Shown: in pieces, positions 20,184-29,119 of the stretch
How positions within the stretch are numbered: the first letter of the stretch is position 1
How the letters are laid out: each line of letters opens with the position of its first letter
Source: Escherichia coli
GTDB lineage: Bacteria > Pseudomonadota > Gammaproteobacteria > Enterobacterales > Enterobacteriaceae
NCBI RefSeq assembly: GCF_022846255.1
Contig: NZ_AP025682.1
Length of the DNA: 64,000 bases
Reading direction: 5' to 3' (one strand)
Made by a program: the position numbers and the translations under genes
Notes under the pieces: generated by a model
What the model was told of the DNA's origin: nothing
The model's database searches: none
The model's input: only the letters and a program-made list of their open reading frames with translations

Positions 20184-21134
20184 TTACAACCAGTTCTTCC
20201 GCTTAAAGTAGAGATACGGTGCCAGGCCCGCGAGGATCATAAAGATAATCGCGCCTGGGTAGCCGAAGCTCCACTTCAGTTCTGGCATAAACTCAAAGTT
20301 CATCCCGTAGCTGGAAGCAACCAGCGTCGGCGGCAGGAACACGACGGATACCACCGAGAAGATTTTGATGATGCGGTTCTGCTCGATATTGATAAAGCCC
20401 ATCGCCGCCTGCATCAGGAAGTTCACCTTCTGGAACAGGGATTCGTTATGCGGCAGCAGGGATTCGATATCTCGCAGGATTTCACGCGCCTGCTCCAGTT
20501 GCCCACCCGGTAAACGCGCCTTGCGTACCAGGAAGTTGAGCGCACGCTGGGTATCCATCAGACACAGGCGAACTTTCCAGCCGATATCTTCCAGTTCCGC
20601 CAGCGTAGAGAGCGCTTCGTCATACTCATCGCCCTGATGCCCTTCCATAATCACCCGGCTCAACTGCTCCAGGTCGCTATAGATATTTTCAATTTCATCT
20701 GCCAGCTGTTCGATTTTGGTTTCGAACAGATCCAACAGCAGCTCGTAGGCGTTACCGTCTACCATCGACTGGCTACGGGCACGCATACGATACAGACGAA
20801 AAGCGGGCAGTTCACGCTCACGCAAAGTAAACAGACGACCATCACGGATGGTAAATGCCACAGTGGAGTTACCGGCGTGATCTTCCGCATCTTCAAAGAA
20901 GAAGAAGGAGTGAATATGCAGGCCGTCATCGTCTTCAAAGAAACGTGCCGATGCTTCGATGTCTTCCAGTTCCGGGCGGGTTGCCAGGCTCTGGCCAAGT
21001 TCAGATTGTACGCGCAGTCGCTCGTCGTCGTCCGGTTCGACAAGATCAATCCATACTGCATTTACAAGGGGTTGTGACTCTTCGACTTCCAGCCGGGTCA
21101 GTCGGTTATTTTCCAGTTGAAATGCGCTCAGCAT
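20184..21134 (-). CDS. corA: magnesium/cobalt transport protein CorA
   Basis: [17 protein letters not shown]... 316 aa with the GMN motif ([11 protein letters not shown]); start at the internal ATG of ORF 20184..21149. Confidence 0.97.
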   Translation of the reverse strand: MLSAFQLENNRLTRLEVEESQPLVNAVWIDLVEPDDDERLRVQSELGQSLATRPELEDIEASARFFEDDDGLHIHSFFFFEDAEDHAGNSTVAFTIRDGRLFTLRERELPAFRLYRMRARSQSMVDGNAYELLLDLFETKIEQLADEIENIYSDLEQLSRVIMEGHQGDEYDEALSTLAELEDIGWKVRLCLMDTQRALNFLVRKARLPGGQLEQAREILRDIESLLPHNESLFQKVNFLMQAAMGFINIEQNRIIKIFSVVSVVFLPPTLVASSYGMNFEFMPELKWSFGYPGAIIFMILAGLAPYLYFKRKNWL

Positions 21135-21503
21135 GACCGGGACTCCCAATGCTTAAAATATCGGACAGTTCGGTGGGCACACAGAAACAAATTGGGTTTC
21201 AGACCATTAAACAGCCTGACTCAGCGCGACGGGAAAAATTGAGGTCGCTGACAACCGCTAAGGCTATCAGCAAAAAGGGATAGCCTTAGGAGTTGATCCT
21301 GGATGACAGGATAGTGAGCCAGTATCTACTGGGTGTGTCCAAGGCGAATGTCCTCTTAGAGTGATCGTGCGCGCATGTTACGCCAGCAAAATTTTGCCGT
21401 CAACACGCAACAGAACACCACAGAACAATAGTTGAACTTCGCGCTTTTTGGTACTCGTCAAGGTCGCTAACAGGATAAAAAAATCCCACATCCAGGACCT
21501 ATA

Positions 21504-22268
21504 ATGGCGCATCGGCTACTCATTGGTAAAGGAATGATCACCTTGAATCTCAAACGGATTTTTCTCGCCCTCACCTTACTTCCCTTGTTTGCTGTTGCCG
21601 CTGATGATTGCGCACTCTCAGATCCGACGCTGACCGTACAGGCGTATACCGTTAATACTCAAACAGAGCGGGTGAAAATGTACTGGCAAAAAGCCAATGG
21701 CGAAGCGTGGGGAACGTTACATGCGCTGCTGGCGGATATGAATAGTCAGGGTCAGGTGCAGATGGCGATGAACGGCGGCATCTATGATGAAAGCTATGCG
21801 CCGCTCGGTTTGTACATCGAAAACGGTCAGCAGAAGGTGGCGTTAAATCTCGCTTCAGGTGAAGGGAATTTCTTTATTCGTCCTGGCGGCGTGTTTTATG
21901 TCGCGGGAGATAAAGTCGGCATCGTTCGTCTGGATGCCTTTAAAACCAGTAAAGAGATTCAGTTTGCGGTGCAGTCAGGGCCATTGTTGATGGAAAACGG
22001 TGTAATTAATCCGCGTATTCATCCCAACGTCGCCTCACGTAAAATTCGTAACGGTGTTGGGATTAATAAACATGGGAACGCCGTGTTTTTGTTGAGCCAG
22101 CAGGCGACAAATTTTTATGATTTTGCCTGTTATGCCAAAGCAAAACTGAACGTTGAGCAGCTGCTTTATCTTGATGGCACAATTTCACATATGTATATGA
22201 AAGGCGAGGCAATCCCGTGGCAACGCTATCCTTTTGTCACCATGATTTCCGTCGAGCAGAAAGGTTAA
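21504..22268 (+). CDS. yigE: DUF2233 (phosphodiester glycosidase-like) protein YigE
   Basis: 254-aa ORF with N-terminal signal-like segment; length and position match K-12 yigE as I recall. Confidence 0.75.
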   Translation: MAHRLLIGKGMITLNLKRIFLALTLLPLFAVAADDCALSDPTLTVQAYTVNTQTERVKMYWQKANGEAWGTLHALLADMNSQGQVQMAMNGGIYDESYAPLGLYIENGQQKVALNLASGEGNFFIRPGGVFYVAGDKVGIVRLDAFKTSKEIQFAVQSGPLLMENGVINPRIHPNVASRKIRNGVGINKHGNAVFLLSQQATNFYDFACYAKAKLNVEQLLYLDGTISHMYMKGEAIPWQRYPFVTMISVEQKG

Positions 22269-22350
22269 ACATTGTACACTCGAGGAGGCCAGACAAACTG
22301 GGGCTGGCTACACAGCTGGAAAATCATCAGATAAATGAAGGGAAACAAAA

Positions 22351-23253
22351 ATGAAAAAAACGCTCGCAACATTATTTTTATTAACCTGTCTGGGGTCATC
22401 ATCCGCTTATGCGGATAACGCTTTGATTTTACAAACGGATTTTAGCCTGAAAGATGGTGCCGTCTCGGCGATGAAAGGGGTCGCTTTCGGCGTTGACCAT
22501 AATCTTAAAATATTTGATTTAACACACGAAATTCCACCGTATAACATCTGGGAAGGCGCTTACCGCCTGTATCAGACTGCCAATTACTGGCCGCAAGGTT
22601 CGGTGTTTGTTAGCGTGGTCGATCCTGGTGTTGGTACAGAGCGTAAATCGGTAGTGCTGAAAACCAAAAATGGTCAGTACTTCGTTTCACCAGATAACGG
22701 TACGCTCACGTTGGTGGCGGAATCGCTGGGTATTGAGAGCGTCCGGCAAATCGATGAAAAAACCAACCGTCTGAAAGGTTCCGAAAAGTCATATACCTTC
22801 CACGGTCGTGACGTGTATGCCTACACCGGTGCACGTCTGGCTTCCGGGGCGATCACGTTCGAGCAGGTGGGGCCAGAGCTTCCTGCAAAAGTTGTCGAAC
22901 TTTCTTATCAGAAAGCCAAAGCAACAAAAGGTGAAGTGAAGGGCAATATCCCGATTCTCGATATTCAGTACGGCAACGTCTGGAGCAATATCAGCGACGA
23001 GTTGCTGAATCAGGCAGGAATCAAACTCAACGACACGTTGTGTGTGACCATTTCCGAAGGTTCCCAGCAAAAATACGCAGGGAAAATGCCGTATGTCGCA
23101 AGCTTCGGCGATGTGCCGGAAGGCCAGCCGATGGTGTATCTGAACAGCTTATTGAATGTTTCCGTGGCGCTGAATATGGATAATTTCGCGCAGAAACATC
23201 AGGTTGCGTCTGGTGCTGACTGGAATATTGATGTGAAGAAGTGCGCTAAGTAA
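22351..23253 (+). CDS. DUF62 / SAM hydroxide adenosyltransferase-like protein with Sec signal peptide
   Basis: MKKTLATLFLLTCLGSSSAYA signal peptide with AxA cleavage site; ILQTDFS...MKGV and VVDPGVGTERK motifs characteristic of the SAM hydrolase/fluorinase-like family. Confidence 0.75.
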   Translation: MKKTLATLFLLTCLGSSSAYADNALILQTDFSLKDGAVSAMKGVAFGVDHNLKIFDLTHEIPPYNIWEGAYRLYQTANYWPQGSVFVSVVDPGVGTERKSVVLKTKNGQYFVSPDNGTLTLVAESLGIESVRQIDEKTNRLKGSEKSYTFHGRDVYAYTGARLASGAITFEQVGPELPAKVVELSYQKAKATKGEVKGNIPILDIQYGNVWSNISDELLNQAGIKLNDTLCVTISEGSQQKYAGKMPYVASFGDVPEGQPMVYLNSLLNVSVALNMDNFAQKHQVASGADWNIDVKKCAK

Positions 23254-23262
23254 GTTACTGAT

Positions 23263-23293
23263 GCCGGATGCGGTGTGGCGCACCGCATCCGGC
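23263..23293. repeat. REP-like palindrome between convergent DUF62 gene and uvrD
   Basis: GCCGGATGCGGTG tggcg CACCGCATCCGGC, 13-bp perfect stem. Confidence 0.6.
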
Positions 23294-23307
23294 AACGGAA
23301 TCGTAAA

Positions 23308-25470
23308 TTATACCGTCTCCAGTCGGGCGTAAGCCGCCACCAGCCATTTAATACCCTGGCCCTGGAACGCCACCTGCAAACGGCTATGCTCACCGCTGCC
23401 TTCCATATTGACGATGGTGCCTTCACCAAACTTAGCGTGGCGTACGCGCTGGCCGAGCTTGTAGCCGCTGTCGTTCTCGACCATCGGCGTACCCATCCGT
23501 TGATGGCTGACCGGGCGGCTTACCGTGGCGCGCAGGCGCACCTCTTCCACACACTCTTCCGGCAACTCACCGATAAAGCGCGACGGGCGATGGTAAACCT
23601 CTTTGCCATATAGACGGCGGGTTTCCGCGTAGGTCAGCGTCAGTTTCTGCATCGCGCGGGTTACGCCAACGTAGGCCAGACGGCGTTCTTCTTCCAGACG
23701 CCCGCCTTCATCCAGCGACATCTGGCTTGGGAACATGCCCTCTTCCATACCAACGATAAACACCTGCGGGAATTCCAGACCTTTCGCCGAGTGTAGCGTC
23801 ATCAACTGCACAGCATCCTGCCAGGTATCCGCCTGCCCCTCGCCCGCTTCCAGCGCCGCATGGGAGAGGAATGCCTGCAGCGGCATTAAATCTTCGTCTT
23901 CTTCGTTGTAGCTGAACTGGCGCGTTGCCGTCACCAGTTCCTCTAAGTTTTCGATACGCGTCTGACCTTTTTCGCCCTTCTCCTGCTCGTACATGGTGCG
24001 CAGGCCGGAGTCTTTAATTACCCGGTCAGTCTGTACATGCAGCGGCATATCGGCAGTTTCCTGCGCTAAGGCGTCGATTAATTCCATAAATCGCTGTAAG
24101 GCGCTGGCAGCACGTCCGGCGAGGGCTTTTTCCTGCAACAGTTCACGGCACGCTTGCCACAGCGTTAACTGTCGATCGCGCGATGCCTGACGTACCACGT
24201 CCAGCGTCCGGTCACCAATACCCCGCGTTGGCGTATTCACCACACGCTCAAAGGCCGCGTCGTCGTTACGGTTGGCAATCAGGCGTAAATACGAGAGCGC
24301 ATCTTTGATTTCCTGGCGTTCGAAGAAGCGCATCCCGCCGTAAATACGGTACGGCATACTCGCCTGCAACAGTGCTTCTTCCAGCACGCGCGACTGGGCG
24401 TTGCTGCGGTAGAGAATGGCGCACTCGGCAAGCGCCCCACCATTGTCCTGCCAGGTTTTGATGCGGTTAACGACAAAACGCGCTTCGTCGAGTTCGTTAA
24501 AAGCGCAATAGAGGGAAATCGGCTCACCGTCCGCGCCATCGGTCCACAACTTTTTACCCAAACGCCCGTTGTTGTTTTCAATCAGGGCGTTAGCGGCGCT
24601 CAGAATGTTGCTAGTGGAGCGGTAGTTTTGCTCCAGACGAATGGTTTCGGCACCGGGGAAATCATTGAGGAAACGCTGAATATTCTCTACCTGCGCCCCA
24701 CGCCAGCCGTAGATTGACTGGTCGTCATCGCCAACGATCATCACTTTGCCAGTATCGCCCGCCAGCAGGCGGATCCACGCGTACTGAATGTTGTTGGTAT
24801 CCTGGAATTCGTCCACCAGGATGTTAGTAAAACGTTCGCGGTAGTGTTGCAGGATATGCGGCTTGTTAAGCCACAGTTCGTGGGCGCGTAGCAGTAGTTC
24901 AGCGAAGTCTACCAGGCCCGCGCGGTCGCACGCTTCCTGATACGCCTGGTACACCTTCTGCCAGGTCTGCTCCACCGGATTACCGTAGCTTTGAATATGA
25001 TGCGGACGCAGCCCTTCATCTTTCTGGCTGTTGATGTACCACATTGCCTGGCGCGGCGGCCACTGCTTCTCGTCGAGGTTCATGGCTTTGATCAGACGCT
25101 TAAGCAGGCGCAACTGGTCTTCGCTGTCGAGGATCTGGAAATCCTGCGGCAGGTTGGCGTCCATATGGTGCGCACGCAGCAGACGGTGTGCCAGCCCGTG
25201 GAAAGTGCCGACCCACATACCGCCCTGGCTGGTACCCATCAGTTGCCCGATACGATGGCGCATTTCCGCCGCCGCTTTGTTGGTAAATGTCACCGCCATA
25301 ATCGAGTACGGCGAGCAGTTTTCCACGCTCATCAGCCAGGCGATACGATGCACCAGTACGCGCGTCTTACCACTGCCCGCGCCCGCCAGCACCAAAAGGT
25401 TGCTGCGTGGCGCGGCCACCGCTTCGCGCTGTTTGTCATTAAGGCTGTCGAGCAGGTAAGAAACGTCCAT
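23308..25470 (-). CDS. uvrD: DNA helicase II
   Basis: MDVSYLLDSLNDKQREAVAAPRSNLLVLAGAGSGKTRVLVHRIAWL... 720 aa from internal ATG of ORF 23308..25656. Confidence 0.97.
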   Translation of the reverse strand: MDVSYLLDSLNDKQREAVAAPRSNLLVLAGAGSGKTRVLVHRIAWLMSVENCSPYSIMAVTFTNKAAAEMRHRIGQLMGTSQGGMWVGTFHGLAHRLLRAHHMDANLPQDFQILDSEDQLRLLKRLIKAMNLDEKQWPPRQAMWYINSQKDEGLRPHHIQSYGNPVEQTWQKVYQAYQEACDRAGLVDFAELLLRAHELWLNKPHILQHYRERFTNILVDEFQDTNNIQYAWIRLLAGDTGKVMIVGDDDQSIYGWRGAQVENIQRFLNDFPGAETIRLEQNYRSTSNILSAANALIENNNGRLGKKLWTDGADGEPISLYCAFNELDEARFVVNRIKTWQDNGGALAECAILYRSNAQSRVLEEALLQASMPYRIYGGMRFFERQEIKDALSYLRLIANRNDDAAFERVVNTPTRGIGDRTLDVVRQASRDRQLTLWQACRELLQEKALAGRAASALQRFMELIDALAQETADMPLHVQTDRVIKDSGLRTMYEQEKGEKGQTRIENLEELVTATRQFSYNEEDEDLMPLQAFLSHAALEAGEGQADTWQDAVQLMTLHSAKGLEFPQVFIVGMEEGMFPSQMSLDEGGRLEEERRLAYVGVTRAMQKLTLTYAETRRLYGKEVYHRPSRFIGELPEECVEEVRLRATVSRPVSHQRMGTPMVENDSGYKLGQRVRHAKFGEGTIVNMEGSGEHSRLQVAFQGQGIKWLVAAYARLETV

Positions 25471-25553
25471 TGGCACCGCCGCGTAAAAATAGGTTGGGCG
25501 GAGAAGCGCAACGCCCTCCGCCAAAAAGCTGGGTATATATACAGATTTGCTGA

Positions 25554-26270
25554 TTATATCAGCGAGGTCAGAGATGCCAACCGGGAAATTTCCAGATGCG
25601 GGAGTAAACGGCTGTCCCAGGTTTGCATCAGATCGCCATTTTCCGGTCTGATCCAACAGGCCTGCATTCCGCTTCGAATTGCCCCACCCACGTCAGTGGT
25701 GAGATCGTCCCCAACATGTAAGATCTTGCCGATCGGCACGTTGAGTTTTTCCGCCGCCAGGAAGTACATATCGCTGAACGGTTTTGAGCGCCCGTGCGGG
25801 CCAGCACGCAGCACAAACTCAAAATAATCCCCCAAACCAAACAGCTCCGGCTGGGCGTTACCGTTGGTGATCGCCACCAGCGGCCATTTCTTCGCCAGCT
25901 GTTTTAAGGTGTCGTGCGTTTGCTGCGGAACGTCGATCCGGCTACGCCATTTGGCAAAGTTGATCATTGCCGCGTGTGCGCCTGCACTGGCTTCTTCTGC
26001 GCTCAGCCCGGCGTCGAGCATCGCTTGTTCTATTGAGCGAAAACGCCAGCGCGTCACATCATGATAAATCTCGGGTTCCGCTTCCCGTACCGCCTGACGC
26101 AGACGTTGCAGATCTTCATTCTGGAAGCTGCGCAGCGCCGGATGGTAATTTTGCACAAAGGTAAGCGCCTCCTGCTCAGTGCGCAAAATCACCGGACGGT
26201 TATCGTAAAGGGTATCATCCAGGTCAAAGGTGAGCGCCGAGATGCGCCCCAAAGGCCGGTAAAAACGCAT
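25554..26270 (-). CDS. yigB: HAD-family phosphatase YigB
   Basis: 238-aa HAD hydrolase ([12 protein letters not shown] motif). Confidence 0.9.
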   Translation of the reverse strand: MRFYRPLGRISALTFDLDDTLYDNRPVILRTEQEALTFVQNYHPALRSFQNEDLQRLRQAVREAEPEIYHDVTRWRFRSIEQAMLDAGLSAEEASAGAHAAMINFAKWRSRIDVPQQTHDTLKQLAKKWPLVAITNGNAQPELFGLGDYFEFVLRAGPHGRSKPFSDMYFLAAEKLNVPIGKILHVGDDLTTDVGGAIRSGMQACWIRPENGDLMQTWDSRLLPHLEISRLASLTSLI

Positions 26271-27166
26271 TATTTCCCCCGTTTGGCGCGTGGATGCGCC
26301 GCATCGTACACCGAGGCAAGGTGTTGAAAATCAAGATGAGTATAGATTTGCGTGGTAGAAAGGTTGGCATGACCCAGCAGCTCCTGTACACCACGAAGAT
26401 CACCGCTCGACTCCAGCATATGCGTAGCGAACGAGTGACGTAATTTATGCGGGTGAACGTGATTATTCAGCCCTTGTTTGATGCCCCATTCGGCAAAGCG
26501 TTTCTGCACATTACGCGCGGAGATACGCTTGCCCAGTTTCGACAGAAAAAGCGCGTCGTCTTCGCTACCAAACAGGTCGCGCAAATCAAGCCAGTGCTCA
26601 ATCCACGCCACAGCGTTGCGACCAATCGGCAGGCGGCGCTCTTTGCTGCCTTTCCCCATCACCCACACTTCGCCGGACTCCAGGTCGAGGTGTTTGATAT
26701 CGAGCCCCACCAGTTCGGAAAGACGCAGACCCGCACCGTACATTACTTCCAGCATTGCCCGATCGCGCACGGCGAGGGGATCGTTGATATCAATATCCAG
26801 CAGCCGATTTATATCATCGACGTCGATATTTTTCGGCAGATGACGCGGCGCTTTCGGTGCCGAAACACCTTTCGCCGGGTTAGCTTTGAGTTCGTTCTGG
26901 CTGACCAGCCAGTCAAAAAAGCTACGTAGCGCAGAAAGCCGTAACGCCAGACTTGCTGCTCCCAGCCCTTTACGGCGACTGCGTACAGCAAAATTGCGTA
27001 CCATCGTCACATCACATTGCTGCCAGCTTTGCAGGCCGTTTTCGCTGGCAAAATGGATGATCGCCTCAAGCTGTCGCTGGTAGTTAAGCAGGGTTATCGG
27101 GCTAAGCTGGCGCTCCACACTCAGATAACGTAGGTAGCGTTCTACATCGGTGTGTAAATCGGTCAT
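26270..27166 (-). CDS. xerC: site-specific tyrosine recombinase XerC
   Basis: 298-aa product, [33 protein letters not shown]...; catalytic R-H-R-Y context. Confidence 0.95.
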   Translation of the reverse strand: MTDLHTDVERYLRYLSVERQLSPITLLNYQRQLEAIIHFASENGLQSWQQCDVTMVRNFAVRSRRKGLGAASLALRLSALRSFFDWLVSQNELKANPAKGVSAPKAPRHLPKNIDVDDINRLLDIDINDPLAVRDRAMLEVMYGAGLRLSELVGLDIKHLDLESGEVWVMGKGSKERRLPIGRNAVAWIEHWLDLRDLFGSEDDALFLSKLGKRISARNVQKRFAEWGIKQGLNNHVHPHKLRHSFATHMLESSGDLRGVQELLGHANLSTTQIYTHLDFQHLASVYDAAHPRAKRGK

Positions 27167-27870
27167 ACGCGTTCAATCCAACGCGCCAGAAGCTCCGGCA
27201 ACATCAGTGCAATTTCATGAAGTAACTGCGTTCCCTGCCCTTGTTGATAGTGACTGGCATCGCGACTGGTAAACAGCACAACACCCAAATCAGCATCGCT
27301 TCCCAGCATCGACATCGCCACCGATCCCACCGCTTTCGCTTCCGGTAGCACCACCAGAAGCTCCGGTCCGTTAAGCGGCCCCAGATAGTGCTGTTCCTGC
27401 CCCAGACGCTGAATACGCAGCGGTTCGAAAGACTGACGGCTTAATGCCAGATGAGTGTAGTTCGACGGCGCACCTAAGCGCCAGCGATCCGGAAACAGGC
27501 GCAGACTCGCACCTGCCAGGCCGAGATCGCGCGCCCAGCGGTGAAAGCGCATCAGCATATCATCGAGACTGCTGGCGGCGGTGAGACTGCGCTGCAGGTA
27601 GAGTAGACGATAAAACAGGCCTTCGTTGGCGATTGCCTGTTCCATCAACAGCGCCATGTTCTCTTCCAGAACATGAATATGATTACGTGCGCGGGCCATG
27701 TGCCACTCGACCAACGAAACGGTGCCGCGTACCGGATGCGGCACACGTATCGCTTCTACTGCGCGCGCATTGCGGATAAAAAACTCAGGATTTTTAATCA
27801 GATAATCGACAACCGCCCGGTCATCAAGCTCCGTGAGTGTTTCCTGCAGTTCTTCCCCTGGTTGCTTCAT
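27163..27870 (-). CDS. yigA: DUF484 protein YigA
   Basis: 235-aa ORF overlapping dapF and xerC by 4 nt each (operon dapF-yigA-xerC-yigB). Confidence 0.85.
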
Positions 27871-28691
27871 AGATGAATAAATCCGTCGTAGACATGTACC
27901 GCCGGGCCAGTCATATATAACGGGTGACCCGGACCTTTCCAGGCGATATCAAGACGACCGCCGGGGAGTTCCACGCGTACTTCTTCGGCCAGCAAACCTT
28001 GCTGAATCCCTACCGCCACCGCCGCACATGCGCCGCTGCCGCAGGCCTGGGTTTCTCCTGCCCCACGCTCATAAACGCGTAAACGAATATGCTCGCGCTT
28101 AACCACTTGCATAAAACCGATATTGGCGCGCTCCGGGAAACGTTCGTGGCTTTCCAGAACAGGACCAAGCGTTTCTACCGCCGCGGTATCGACATCATCG
28201 ACCTGAATCACGCAATGCGGATTTCCCATCGACACCACGCCGCATAAGATTGTCTGCTCGGCGGCGCGCATAATATAGGTCTTTTCCGCTTTGTTAGCGC
28301 GAAACGGCACGGCAGAAGGTTCGAAGTTGGGTTCGCCCATATTTACGCGGACCAGATCATCATCGGTGACGGTAAGAACCATCCGCCCGTTGGCGGTGCT
28401 GACGCGGATATCGCGCTTATTGGTCAGCCCTTTCAGACGCACAAAACGGGCAAAGCAGCGTGCTCCGTTGCCACACTGCGCCACTTCACTGCCATCAGCA
28501 TTGAAAATGCGATAGTGAAAATCCAGTTCAGGATCATACGGCGGCTCAACCACCAGCAGTTGGTCAAACCCTACCCCCAGGTGCCGATCAGCCAGGCGAC
28601 GAATCAGCTCCGGTGAAAAAAAGACATTCTGCGTTACCGCGTCGACGACCATAAAATCGTTGCCAAGGCCATGCATTTTCGAGAACTGCAT
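27867..28691 (-). CDS. dapF: diaminopimelate epimerase
   Basis: [21 protein letters not shown]... 274 aa from second ATG of ORF. Confidence 0.95.
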
Positions 28692-28727
28692 CATTTACTC
28701 CAATCACGCGGGTACAGAAACTGACTT

Positions 28728-28931
28728 TTAGTAATTCACCTGGGATGGACCATCGCCAGTGGCGCGGTCGTTTTTATCCGGCACCGTGGATTGCGTTTGC
28801 GTCTCTACCGGTTTGGTCGGCGGCGGTGCGTTTTTATCTGCAGGCGGGAAATAGAGCGGACCTTTCAGACCGCAGCCCGTCAGGCTGAAGAGAGTAAGTA
28901 ATACAGTGAGTGCCTTAAACACGTTTTTCAT
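28728..28931 (-). CDS. yifL: small lipoprotein YifL (LptM)
   Basis: 67 aa with lipobox LTGC and Pro-rich tail. Confidence 0.85.
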   Translation of the reverse strand: MKNVFKALTVLLTLFSLTGCGLKGPLYFPPADKNAPPPTKPVETQTQSTVPDKNDRATGDGPSQVNY

Positions 28932-29119
28932 TATGGATTGCCTGTAAAGTTCATCGCTTTCTGCTTTCTATCATCGCAGGAGAAGGCGTAAAAGCAAGCG
29001 TTTAGCGACTCTTTATGAAGTCTGAAAAGTGAGGAAATGCTGCGAGTATAACGCTTACTCGTGGCGATTTATGTTTTGCTGGTAGTTTCGTGATCGGCAC
29101 CTCGCGCCAGGATGGCTTT

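Noticed and set aside
24991-25827. 278-aa and other plus-strand ORFs antisense to uvrD/yigB
   Set aside because: Shadow ORFs of well-identified genes; Arg/His-rich low-complexity translation typical of an antisense frame.
26270-27166. Tyrosine recombinase as a prophage or island integrase next to the tRNA cluster
   Set aside because: The protein is XerC in its conserved dapF-yigA-xerC-yigB operon, 15 kb from the tRNA genes. No phage structural genes or att-like repeats were seen.
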